Origin: Chrysomallon squamiferum
Lineage: Eukaryota; Animalia; Mollusca
DNA: 64,000 nt
NCBI GenBank assembly: GCA_012295275.1
Contig: CM022666.1
Span: 2,480,001 to 2,544,000 of the forward strand
Direction: 5' to 3'
This document shows, piece by piece, positions 1 through 13,916 of this stretch (the first letter of the stretch is position 1; every line of letters begins with the position of its first letter). The notes below the pieces were generated by a model, which saw nothing but the letters and a program-made list of their open reading frames with translations, did not search any database and was not told where the DNA came from. The translations under genes and the position numbers were made by a program.

Positions 1-1186
1 TTTTTTAAATTTATTTTTACTCTGTTAGAATACAGATAGATCAATGAAATCGTGAGACAGATAAATAGTGTAAAGCAATTTCTGTCCTACACAAAATTAC
101 TTGACGTAATGGAATCCCTTGCATCAACAGCTTAGATCTGATTCGTTATTTGTAATTGTTGTTGTTATCTGTTATCAATACCAATGATATGAAGAAAAAA
201 AAAGATAATAATTCTTTGATGATGACAGCGTAGATTGTACCATCTGTCATTATTTATATAAATGAAAAGAGCAATCTGCTGATGCAATTATATGTACACA
301 CCGGTCGAATTGTGACTTGATGTAACAAACATGAACAAAAAATCTAAAAAATCGATTCTTATCGTAATTTCTGTGGCCAAGGACACAAAGGTTAAAAAAA
401 AATGGTGTTTATGTGTGTGTGCATGTGTGTGTGTGTCTTGTCTTGTGTGTGTGTGTGTGTGTGTCTGTGTGTGTCTGTATGTGTATGTTGTATGTATGAA
501 TTTTAATTTGAAGTCTAAACTGACATTTGAAAAGTCTAAACCGACTTTGTTGTTTTTCATGCAAATTTCACACTAACATTATATTTGTATATATGTGTGT
601 GTTCATGTGTTTGTGTGCATATTTTATATGTTGTATGTTTGTGTACATATGCATATGACTGTGTGTGTGTGTGTGTGTATTATGTGTGTGTGCATGCATT
701 TATAATATTTATGTTTGTCTCTGTGTGTGTATGTGTTTGTATGTGTGTCTATGTTATACATACATTACTGATCCACAATCATTAATCATTCTTTTACAAA
801 ATTAATAATAAAACCCCCCCCAAAATACCCCATAAAGTGAGGGAAGAAAATGGTACACAAATAGAATACAAAAAAAAAAAAAAAAACAGAAAAAGAAATT
901 CTCCTCTTAATCTTTGGGCTGCACAGTTTCAGAAAGAGCCACTACTGAAGCACTTCTTAATAAACACTGAAGTTGTATCTTAATACACGATACACTGCAT
1001 CCACTGCACTTCTGCAGGCAGCTGGTGAATCAATTCATTTGTGTGTTTTTCATTTGTGTATTTACATTCTCTATGCACATGGAAATAAATAAATAAACAG
1101 GTAAATGAAATAAGCACACGCAAAGCTATTAATATATCGTGATTATTTCTTTCGTGTTTAAGGTGTGTCTGACTGAACGTGAATGG

Positions 1187-1189
<3 letters not shown>

Positions 1190-1220
<31 letters not shown>

Positions 1221-1371
1221 GTATGTATGTATGTATGTATGTATGTATGTATGTATGTATGTATGTATGTATGTTGTATGTATGTATGTATGTATGTATG
1301 TATGTATGTATGTATGTATGTATGTATGTATGTATGTATGTATGTATGTATGTATGTATGTATGTATGTAC

Positions 1372-1402
<31 letters not shown>

Positions 1403-1452
1403 TGTATGTATGTATGTACGTACGTACGTATGTATGTGTGTGTGTACGTATA

Positions 1453-1488
<36 letters not shown>

Positions 1489-1625
1489 TGTATGTATGTA
1501 GGTAGGTATGTACGTACATACGTATGTATGTATGTATGTACGTACGTATGTATGTATGTATGTATGTATGTATGTATGTATGTATGTATGTATGTATGTA
1601 TGTATGTATGTTGTATGTTTGTATG
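1190..1625. repeat. (TATG)n microsatellite
   Basis: Directly visible; source of the HTYI/MYVC pseudo-ORFs. Confidence 0.97.
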
Positions 1626-1864
1626 TTTGTATTTGTTTATGTCTGACTGGTCTCTGAATGTAGACAGTGTCTGGGAACACCCTGGCGCAGGATGATGAAA
1701 GATTTTAAAGTGCACAAGTGTTTTTAAACTGAAGATGAGAAAAAAGAAAAATGAGAAAAATATTGTAAACACTGCATAAATATTTCACACTCACAGACAC
1801 AGACAGACACATGCACAAACACACACACACACACAGACATACACACACACAAATACAGACACAT

Positions 1865-1912
<48 letters not shown>

Positions 1913-2259
1913 AGCCAAACCTAGAGACACAAAATCATTACAAATAACAGACAATGGCAGAAAACACAATAGACATTATTAATTGATGAAAATTGCAGGA
2001 CACATATAAATCATAAAGCCGAAAGGAAAATGATTTCTTTTTTTTTATTCATCGGAAACAAAAATGTGTGGCAATAAAAAAAATCTGTAATGGTTTTAAT
2101 GGACTGCTGACATTAACCGAATTATGAAAATGGAAGAAAAATGATGCAATATATATAAACATTTATTTACTTCTGTTTTTGTGTGTGTGTGTGTGTGTGT
2201 GCATTTATTGTTGTTATTTTTTAAGTTTATAATATTGTAAAATAATGATGATGATGTTG

Positions 2260-2302
<43 letters not shown>

Positions 2303-2983
2303 TAATAATAACATTGTAATTGGCTTTTATTATTATTATTATTTTTTTATCTTTTTATATTTTATTACTACTATTACTACTACTACTACTACAACAACTG
2401 TAGTTATTATTATTATTATTATCATTATTATTCCCACTAGTGCTGCTTTTACTATTACTGCTACCACTATTATTATTATTTTTGTAATTATTATTATTAT
2501 TATTATTTTTACTACTACTACTACTACTAATACTTATACTAATACTACTGCTACTACTACTACTACTACTGTTACTACAATTATTATTTATTATTTCTGT
2601 TATTATTATTATTCATCATTTATTCATATGTTTATTATTAAAACTATTATTATTACTTGTTACGTGATGTAGAATATTGATTGTGTTTTAAGTGCACAAA
2701 AGAAATATAATGCTGGAAACATTAACAATCACTTGAGTTTGTTGAGATTTTTTTGTTTTTTTTTTTTGTAAATCAATTTACATGACATCATCCACTTTTT
2801 ACAAGTGCGAATTACTCGTGTGAAATTCCATTGTCATGACTCTAACTAAACAATGAGAGAAACTCTATTTTTAAAATAAACAAATATTTAAATAAATAAA
2901 TGAATGAATAAAATAATAATAATAAAATAATAATAATAATAATAATAATAATTAATAAATATTAATAATAATGATAATGATAA

Positions 2984-3014
<31 letters not shown>

Positions 3015-3619
3015 AAATAATAATAATAAAAACTAAAATGTTTCCTAATCCACTTTATGAAATTACGAAACAATTCAAGCCATTCAAAATGCAACTGAAA
3101 TACAATATGACCACACCCATCTCTTCAGAGATGTAAAGAGATTAGAAAACAACTCAGTCCTCTTGAATTTGTCCAACACCTTATTTCCCAATCCAACCTG
3201 TCCCAATTAATTCTAAAAACCTTTTAACAGTATTATTCTTCCACTGCCCAAAAGTTTGTTGTTTTGAGTTCCAATCATTCAAAGATCTCAACACTTGATT
3301 TATGTTTTTCCAATGAATATATTTCCCATTCTAACCATTATTTATCAGAGCACTGGTATGAGGTAGTTTAATTCAAGGTCCATATAATATCATCTGCTGT
3401 TGTATTTCAAGAACAAAACTACAGATTGATTTAAATATGGCTGTAATACTTGTTTTCCCATCTATGGTATGGTACATATTTAAAGATTCATTGCTGCTAA
3501 CTTAAAGAATCTAGTCCATTATGTAGTATCGGAAGGATTCCTATACTGATACTTGAATAGCCTATAAGTGTAATAATAACAATAATTACAATAACAATAA
3601 TAACAATAATAAAACTAAA

Positions 3620-3900
3620 AGTAGTAGTAGTAGTAGCAGTAATAGCAGTAGTTATAGTAATAGTAGTAGTCAGAGTAGTAGTAGCAGTAGAATTAAATAA
3701 GATTTTATATGAATTTTCAGAAACTTTCTTGCAGTTCAAAAGAAGTAGTAGTAGTAGTAGTAGTAGTGGTAGTAGTAGTAGTAACAGTAATAGCAGTAGT
3801 TATAGTAATAGTAGTAGTCAGAGTAGTAGTAGCAACAGTAGTAGCAATAGAATTAAATAATATTTTCATGGAATTTTCAGAAACTTCGCTGCAGTTCAGA
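3620..3900. repeat. Tandem duplication of an (AGT)n-containing unit
   Basis: CAGTAATAGCAGTAGTTATAGTAATAGTAGTAGTCAGAG...GAATTTTCAGAAACTT...GCAGTTCA occurs twice. Confidence 0.85.
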
Positions 3901-4671
3901 TTACAATGATACAAAAAAAAACCCGTTGCCATGAAAACCAAACTGCAACCAGGACTTGCAATTGCATTAAAATGTGACCTTTTTAAGAGAACTGTTGTTT
4001 TTTTTTGGGGGGGGGGGGCGAAAAAAACTGTCAGTTTTATTAAATATACATCACCTTCAGCGAATTTGCTGGAGTGTAAGTTACATACACACGAAACAAG
4101 TGGGAGCTGATCCTAGCATTTTAACACATGGCTGGCTCAGACAATGGCTGAGAAAACTTTCAACTGGGTGTTAAAACCTGGGAATAGTTCCTCTCTCTGA
4201 GGTGACTAGACAGAAAAGCTGTTTTATCGCGGCCATTTTTACTTCTTTTTTTTTTTTTTTTTTTTTTTTTTCCCAGACTTGTTGAAGTAATTAATAATTA
4301 AGATAAGCTAATGACTTACCAGTTTTGTCCTCCTCCCCCCCCTTGCTTGGAATCGAAACACACACAAAACAAGAAAGAAAACCTGGAAGTCAGATGAAAA
4401 TCTACAAGTGTGGTTGGAACAAACCGACTCATTTGTTTTTCTTCTGGAGGGAGATAAGGAAATTATCTTCCGTTCCCTCTGACATTAAAACTTGTTATTT
4501 TTTTTTTTTTTTAAAACCCAACATTTATCAGTTAATTCCTTCCAAATAGTGAACACACAAAAGATACAAAGTATACATTAACTAATAAATGTCTTTGTTT
4601 TTCTTTTTTTTCGTTTTGTTTTTCTTGATCTATGGTGGTGTTGTCCTCCCTCTGAAATAAAATGGAATGGT

Positions 4672-4707
<36 letters not shown>

Positions 4708-5034
4708 TCAGACACATTGGGAACCTGAGACTTAGAAATGGTGTTTAAGATGTGCCAAGGGTTGTACAGGTCAGAGATACAGTAACTGTAAGTAACAGCT
4801 GTATATCAAGCGCACATGGCATTTTCTGATACAAGACACTGAAATGTTCCTATCAAATATTTATTTTCTTTCCTTTCATGTACAGGCTGGGTCTTACTGA
4901 TGTGAGTAGGAGTAGGTTTGGTTTTCTTTTTTGGAGAGAGAGATAGAGAGAGAAAGAGAGAAAGACAGACAGTCAGACAAAAGAGAGATGACTCCCAAAT
5001 GAATAGACAATGAGTGTTTCTACAGAAGAAAAAT

Positions 5035-5571
5035 AAGAAATAAATAAGTGAGTAAGTAAGAAAATAAAAAATAAATAAGTAAATAAATACAAAATAAATA
5101 AGTATATAAATAATTAAATAAATAAATAAACAAGTAAGTAAGTAAATAAATAAATAAGTAACTAAATAAATAAATAAATAAAAAAGCAAGTAAATAAATT
5201 TATAAAATAAATAAATAAACAAGTAAATAAATAAATAAATAAATAAATAAAATAAAATAAGTAAATAAATTTATAAATAAAAACAAAACAAATAAGTAAG
5301 TAAATAAATAAAATAAATAAATAAATAAAATAAATAAATAAAATAAAGCAAGCAAGAAAAAAAACAAGTAAATAAATTTTAAAAATTAATAAATAAACAA
5401 GTAAGTAAATAAATAAAATAAATAAATAAATAAAATAAAATAAATACATAAAATAAAGTAAGCAAGTGAACAAATAAATAAATAAAATAAAGCAAGTAAG
5501 TTAGTAAGTAAGGTAATAGAATAGAATAAAATAAAATAAATAAAATAAAATAAAGTAAACAAATAAGCAAG

Positions 5572-5606
<35 letters not shown>

Positions 5607-5610
5607 AACA
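5035..5610. repeat. Degenerate (TAAA)n low-complexity tract
   Basis: Directly visible. Confidence 0.93.
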
Positions 5611-5891
5611 AACACAATTAATTACACTCATTACACACAGTCTGATGTAGCATGTTAAAAGAACTGATAGGAATACTGACTTTAATTAGCCGATTATTAT
5701 TTTCATTACACCCACTGAATGTGCATGCATGCATGCCTACATGTGTGCGTGTGTGTGTTTTCTGTTCAATACTGCAATCACAGCTGCTGATGTGGAGATA
5801 ACTGAACTAAATGAAAGATACCTGCCATCGAAACGGTCTTAGATTTGTGACACACACACTTAATTGGATGATATTGATGTCAGATATCTGG

Positions 5892-5924
<33 letters not shown>

Positions 5925-6056
5925 TGATATGGATAGCTTTAATAACCAAGGGTTGCTTTGGTTTCCATCATTTGAAGTTCCTGGCAGGTTGTCAAGCATA
6001 TAGTATGGGTTTATTTTCAGTGTTTGGTTGTAGATAGTTTGTGTATATGGGGTGTC

Positions 6057-6141
<85 letters not shown>

Positions 6142-6668
6142 TGTAGCAGCAGCAGTAGTAGTCTTTTCTTTCATTATGTATTTGACTGTAAGTCCATGTT
6201 AAATAATTTTAAATTGATGTCAAGTCCATGACAGATAATTGTAAACTGGATGTAATTCAGCTGAACGTCGATGATCTAAACTGACTAAAGAAGTCAGAAA
6301 TGTATTTAAAGAGATGAAGCACCTTGCTGGAACATTTGACACTATTTACCATTCTAGACACAGATTACAGAATTACAGATGTGAGCAGTTCTGTGTTATA
6401 AATATTATATTTCTTAATGACAGTCAAATGTCACGGTACGTAATGTCTTGACTTTTGAAAACATTGTTTTGCAGCTAATATCATTACATAAAAGTAAAAC
6501 GTATAATGGAATGGCTTTGGATGGCTTCCTCTTTTGTAATATCATCAGACAGACAGACAGATATCAAGATATGTATACCAAATAATTACTAATTATAGAA
6601 TTTGTTTCATTATTCTTAAAAAAATTGAGGACCTTTTTATTATATTTTTCTTCAGCTCCATCTCTTCT

Positions 6669-6742
<74 letters not shown>

Positions 6743-7697
6743 CCTCCCTCCCTCCCTTTTCAAATTATTTTCCTCTCACCCACACAGACACATAAACAAG
6801 CAAAAGCAAAAAAAAAAAAAAAAGTCTATTCTGGATGTTCAACCGGACACTAAACCAGCTAATGCTGGATAATCTCTAAACGAGGAGTCCGTTATTCCGT
6901 CTGGAAGATTTATTACTCAGCCTGATTAAAACAACTGAGCAGTTGAGCAGTTTCTGCCGACTCACATTCTTCTCCCAATGGACCAGCCAGGCTGCATGTT
7001 AACAGGCAACAACAACCCTGTCACGAGGGTTAATACAGTTTGATCAGTGCAGCGTAGCCTCTTCTTGATCGCTTCAAACTGCAGTGGGCTGAATATGATT
7101 CAATACAAATATGGCACCAACCAGTAAGACATATTTATCTTTGAGAATACAGTGTGAAGATAAGGTTTGGAATGAATATGTTTTAAACGCTCACCATCCA
7201 TGCTGGATTGAAAAATTGTTAAAAAAAAACAAAAAAAACAACCAAACATTTACAACAGAATTGCATGGTGGTAATTAGGTTTAGCGCTCATAATGGGGTG
7301 ATAATTTAGCCTATCACTTATAATGTTAGTGATAATGTGGTGAATTGGATGTAATGCAATATATCAAACTTAATGTTAGCGATAGTGCAGCAGCAGTACA
7401 TCCCACTTGATGTTTCTGGTAACACGATATTTAATATTTGGGTTAAAGTGGTAGCAAAGCTGATTGTAACGCAGAATGCTGTAATGCTGTAATGCTGTAA
7501 TGCTGTAATGCTGTAATGCTGGATGCAGTAAACTGTGCATAATGTTAAATACAGTGAATCTTTATTTGTTCTTAAACTGAGTTGGAATGGGAAATAGCAT
7601 CAAAATTCCATCAATGAAATCTATTTCTTTGACATTACATCATCAATATACATCTAATTTACAATTAACCAAGAACCAACTTATGACTATCATACAA

Positions 7698-8205
7698 CTG
7701 ACTTGCACCTGACTTATAACTGACTCATGCCTAACAACAGACTTGTGCCTGACTAACAACTGACTTGTGCCTGACTAACAACTGACTTGTGCTTGACTAA
7801 CAACTGATTCATGCCTGACTAACAACTGACTTGTGCCTGACTAACAACTGACTTTGCCTGACTAACAAGACTTGTGCCTGACTAACAACAGACTTGTGCC
7901 TGACTAAAACTGACTTGTGCCTGACTAACAACATACTCGTGCCTGACTTACAACTGACTCATGCCTGACTTACAACTGACTTATGCCTGACTAACAACTG
8001 ACTTGTGCCTGACTAACAACAGACTTGTGACTAACAACTGACTTATGCCTGACTAAAACAGACTTGTGCCTGACTAAAACTGACTTGTGCCTGACTTACA
8101 ACTGACTCATGCCTGACTTACAACTGACTCATGCCTGACTTACAACTGACTTGTGCCTGACTAACAACTGACTTGTGCCTGCCTAACAACAGACTTGTGC
8201 CTATC
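7698..8205. repeat. 22-bp minisatellite (CTGACTAACAACTGACTTGTGC)n, about 22 copies
   Basis: Directly visible tandem units, with CTGACT twice per unit. Confidence 0.95.
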
Positions 8206-8569
8206 TTACATGTGACCTACATCACCAACGTAATACAATCTTCCACCTGAATTGTTGCTGATAATCAGAGTGTTTGCTGAAGTAAAATAATAAAGACAAA
8301 ATTGATCACACCAACATCAGATTGCACACACATAGTATACAGAACCTTGTTAAAACGAAACTGGTAGGAATACTGACTTTAATTAGCTAATTATATTAAA
8401 GTGTGTGTTCTGCTCAAAAACCTTAACTGTGGTAATAACAACTGTTAACATCGCAGTAATTAAAATAAATTGATGGTTACTTGTCGGAATCAATTCTTCA
8501 AGCTATGATTTGTACTAAGTCAGTGAAATTATTTGTAAAAGAAACATAGAGAGATGTCAGAAATGCTCA

Positions 8570-8790
8570 TATATACAATGATAAGCACAGGAATATATAT
8601 ATGTATGCACATACTTACATACTATGATGATACACACAGGAATATATATATGCAATATTATATATATTTATATATACATAGATATGTATGCACATACTTA
8701 TATACTATGACGATACACACAGGAATATATATATTCAATATTATATATATATATATACACAGATATGTATGCACATACGTATTTACATAG
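8570..8790. repeat. Short tandem repeat, about 3 units (CACAGGAATATATAT...ATGTATGCACATAC)
   Basis: Directly visible. Confidence 0.8.
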
Positions 8791-9211
8791 CTAACATACA
8801 TACACATCCACACAACACACACACAGCCTACATTATTATCATACACACAAACGCGACATTATATTTACACTTAAACACTTTTTTTTTTTTTGACAATTAA
8901 CCTGCTCTCTAACTCCTCCACCTATGAATACATCTGGACCCTCCCTGACAAATTCATTGTGTTAGCTCACAGACATGTGACTACGTCATATCTGTAATGC
9001 TGTTGTAAAAAGGATGACATTTATCCTGTGTACAGTAAAAGAAAATCTTGAAGACGTCAGAAGATTGTCTATTAGTGAAAGGATTTTTTTTTTTTTTTTT
9101 TTTTCTCTCTCTATTAACTCTTGTTTTTCAGTGGTCCTTTCTAATTCAATTGTCTTGTTTTTTCACTTAGCAGTGACGCATGACCTTGAAGGTAACTGCG
9201 TAGCACACACA

Positions 9212-9256
<45 letters not shown>

Positions 9257-12200
9257 AGACACAGACATTTCAAATGCAGTGACAAAACTAGAAATCATGT
9301 TTGAAGATGAATTTAGTTAGGAAAAGAAAAAGAAATCAGATTTGAAAATAATAATAAGGTAAATGGAATGAAGTATCATTTAAAACGGGTTGAAACATTT
9401 AGAATAAAATGAAGTAAAATAACATTTTTGAAACCACATGAAATAATATAATTTCATTTATATTTATACAAACAGTTTTGTTTATCAGATTATTAACTGA
9501 TGAAAAAAATAAAATGTATCTGCATTACCCTGTTTAATAAATAAATAAATAAATAAATAAATACAATTCTTAAAGTCATTTCCAAATAATATGATCATAA
9601 TAGTAACTGATATAAAAATAAAGCCAGCAAAACATGTCAATCATCATAATAATAAAGTTTATGTTACAAAACAACCTCATCAAATATTCTGCCAAGATTA
9701 CTTATCTGTAAGGTTTAAAACAACCATACAAACATTCAGCCAAGAACAGTCAACAATAATAATAATATATATATATATATTAATATTCTCTATTACATAA
9801 TATTATGTTCCATTCTAAAAAACAACAAAAAAAAAAAAAAAAAAAAAAAAAAAAACGTAGTGGTGAAAAAAATGATTTTTGTTTTTGTCTATTTTTTTTC
9901 TGTCTTTTTTTTTTTTTTTTTTTTTCTTGTAAAACAAAAAAAAAAACAAAACAACAAAAAAAAAACCCCACCAAACCATCCTGACCAAACAGTCTGACAA
10001 GATTAGGGAATGATTATTTGTAAAAGCATCGTGATGTCTCTTTTGGAAAGATTCCATTATTTGAACGATACCCTCAGGCAGATGGTGAAGGTGAATATTT
10101 TTTTTTTTTACGTCTAAAATGTCACCACAATTATCCTGACTCTATGACATTAAATACATAATCAGCCATGTCAAACAGTCTTTCTTTTTTTTTTTTTTTT
10201 TTTTCTTTTTTCCCTCTCCATTATTTCTAGAGTTAGGCATTAATGATAAGGACAATCATGTTCATGGGCCAGAAGCCATTTTTTTTTTTTTTTTTTTTTC
10301 CTTGCTTTAGGCTGTTTCTGAATGAATGAATGAATGAAAATTTAACACAAGATGCTTTAATATTAAAAGTACTATGGTATCGAATATACTATTTTATATG
10401 ATTAATGAAAAAAAAACACCAACAGGTCCCCCTCCAAAAAAAGAAAACAATATGAATGAATGAATGAATGAAGGAAGGAGGAAGGAAGAAAGGTAGAATT
10501 GTCATTGTGACATGTTTTATTATTAAAAGTTCTATGATATCAAATATATGATTTTTATATGACAACAGTATCAATGAATGGATGAATTAATTAATAGATC
10601 AATATTTATATTAACAACATCATAACATATTTTTATTATTAAAGTTGGTGTAGTATATATGTGATTTAATGATTTTTGCTAATAACATATTTAATGAATA
10701 TGTGTTTATCAAAATAAATCACAACACATTTTAATATTAAATATTATTTTGTTGTTTTGTTTGTTTGTTTTTTGAAGCAGAGTAAGCGATAATAAATGAG
10801 TGAGCTACTACCTGTTTATCCAAATCTCAGTTTATTTTAATATTAGGATTGGTTTGGGATCAGTGATTTTTGCAAGATAAAGGAATGAATGAATATGTAC
10901 ATAACAACATCATAACAGCTTAGTATTAAACATAGAGGGGTTTTTTCTGTGGATTTTATTTTTATTTTATTTTTTTATAGAATGAATGACTGAATGAATG
11001 AATGGATGGATGTTTAACAAACCACACAAAACATTTTAATACAAAAGATGGCTTAGCACTGAACATTTCAGTTTAAGAAATATGGATGAATGACAGAATG
11101 AATGAATGAATATATACTTAATAAAAATTTCAATATATCTTAATAGCAAAAATGATTTCAAAAATATTTAAAAAAAAATTAAAATAATAAAAGATAATGA
11201 ATAAATAGTGCTTTAGTATGAAACACGATTTTTATTACAGAATACAATAAATAAATAAATAAATAAATAAGTAAATAAATAAATAAATAAGTAAATAAAT
11301 AAATAAATAAACAAATAAACAAATATTTGTACAGCAAACATTTCTAAATACATTTATACTATTAAACACAGAAAATACCATCAAACCGTCTTTTCTCAGA
11401 AATCATTTAAAATTTCCTTTAACGCATACATTTTTTTGGTTTTGTTTTCATTAACAGTATTGCCACTGATGTGCATCAAGGCAATAATTGCATTGAGCCT
11501 GATAGGGTGGCTCCTGTGTTCAGCAATGACTCTCTTTGAACTGGGTTTAAGCCAAAAAACCAGAGAGAAAAATGAGGCATCATTAAAAAAACTTTTATCA
11601 GCAGTAACAGTTACATGTGGCTCTAAAGCCTGCCAGCATTTGTGAATAATGTAACTGATAATGTAACATAAACGCATGGAGATATGGACATGATTTTACA
11701 CATGCATGCATGTTGTATATACATGTACATGCACATTCATATGTATATATACATATATATACACATACGTGTTATATACACATGCATACACAGAAACACA
11801 AATACACACTTTCACACACACATACAAGCATAAATACACATACAAGAATATACACACATGCATATACACTGAAACACACAAGAAAACGTAGTCTCTCACA
11901 CATATACACAAACACATAGATATACATATATGCACTAATGACTGTGTTTTTATAAATGGCCAAATATGGCATGCCAAGTAAATAACAATTTAAAAATCTA
12001 ATTTTTAAAAATAAAGGTGAAAGAGAAAGAAATAAGAATTGTAGAATGGAAAAAAAAAAAGAATAATAAAAGAAAAAGAAAAGAAAAAAGACATGACCAC
12101 AAATTTCTAAAACAATTTTTAACAAACATTTTAACATAATGGTGTATGCTGAGAATTTGGAGATAAAAACAGCAAACACTCCCCACCCCCCAAAAAACCT

Positions 12201-13366
12201 CTAGATTTTAAAATTATTATTATTATTATTTTTATTTTTATTTTTTTAAAAGAAAACACTTTATAACTCATTTCAGAAATAAATAATACATAAATCTTAA
12301 TAAAAATGACAAACCTGGTTCTGAATGATTGGATTTGACAGAAAAAAGGTGCAGAAATGAAGTAAATATTTTAACATGTCGACAGTATTTTGCTTTTTAC
12401 ACATCACAAATGAAAAAAAATTTCAAGTTTAATTACCACGAAAGACAGATTTTAACTTGAAAAAGTGTAGAGGAATGAAAACATTTGAAAAAAAAAAAAA
12501 TGAATAATTGGTTCCAGTTATCTGAATAACTATCTTTAAAAATGTATTTATTTGTTTGTTTGTTTGGCTGTTTGGTTGGGTGCTTGGTTGGTTATTTATT
12601 TGTTTGTTTGTTTGTTAATATTTTATTTTACTACTTATTTATATTTGTATTTATTTATTTGATTGTGTTTGTTTGTTTTCTTTCTTACTCGTATATTTAT
12701 AAAGTTTTAACAAGCATCTTACAAAAACATATTAACTCTTGACAAGAATTTTTAAAAATATATTTCAAATATATTCAAAAAATGACAAATCCAGCTCCAG
12801 TAATTATAGTACATATCTGCATTTATCATTTATGAACCATTCAGGAAAAAATATTAATAATTATACTAAAAACAAAATGTGTTTTTCAAGATAAATCTGT
12901 ATCACACATGTGAAACTCTGTTATTAAGAGATCTCTACAAAAGCCAAAATGTAGCCAGGACATCTGTGAATGACTGACTGTCTTTAAGGAAAATGAAAAA
13001 TTACAATATCTTGCTATTCATGAATAATTGCCTTTATCTTGAACAACAAAATAAAAATTTGGTTCCAATTATCCAAAAGACTATCTTTAACCATTTGTTT
13101 GTTTGTTTGTTTTGTTCGTTTTGTCTTGGATTTTTTCCTTTCTTATTCATGCTTAAACATATATTAAAAACTGTTTTAACAAACATTTTACAAAAAATAA
13201 AAAAAAAAAAAAAAAAATCCCTGACAACAACAACAAAAATAAATAAATAAATTTGGAAACATTTAAACAAAATAACTCTAAAAATTTATATTTTTAACAT
13301 TCATGTCAACAAATGCCAAATCTAGCTCCAATAATTACACTAAATGCCTGCATTTATTTAATTTAA

Positions 13367-13397
<31 letters not shown>

Positions 13398-13879
13398 ATA
13401 AATCTTTATCATACATGTCAAAAACAATTACTGTGTACTTATCTACTAAAACCCAAAACTGTAAACCTGCGGCATTATTTCGGAATCACTGTCTTTTAAG
13501 GTCAGTGAAAAATGACACCATTTCTGCCTGGCAAGAAATAATAACCAAAGCTCTGGTCTTAACTCAATCAAAATGCCCAGCCTGGCACAAACACCACTGG
13601 TCAGTGATCTGGTTTTAAATATGGACGGCTGGAAATTCAGCATACAGAGAAACAAACTTGTTAACTGCTCATTAAGATGATGAAAGAACAGACATATTGC
13701 TGCACAAGATTCAAAAGGATTCGCAGCACAAGAAGTTTGGGTATAAGTGAAAGTGTTGTGGGTTTAAAATGTAGTAAAATGCTTTTAAGAAAATGATTTG
13801 GATGTTTAAAAAAAAAAAAAAAAAAAAAAAAAATTTGGTAATTTGAGAATTATGGTAAAGATTTTGACAAGTAACTTTT

Positions 13880-13916
<37 letters not shown>

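Noticed and set aside
376-392. Plus-strand AKDTK followed by GT, mimicking the end of DGK exon 3
   Set aside because: Wrong strand, different codons and unrelated upstream residues; a chance match.
3100-3480. Possible LINE-derived peptide on the minus strand
   Set aside because: Frames are short and interrupted by stops. The TTTCCCATTCTAACC-type words match SINE body fragments seen elsewhere in the window.
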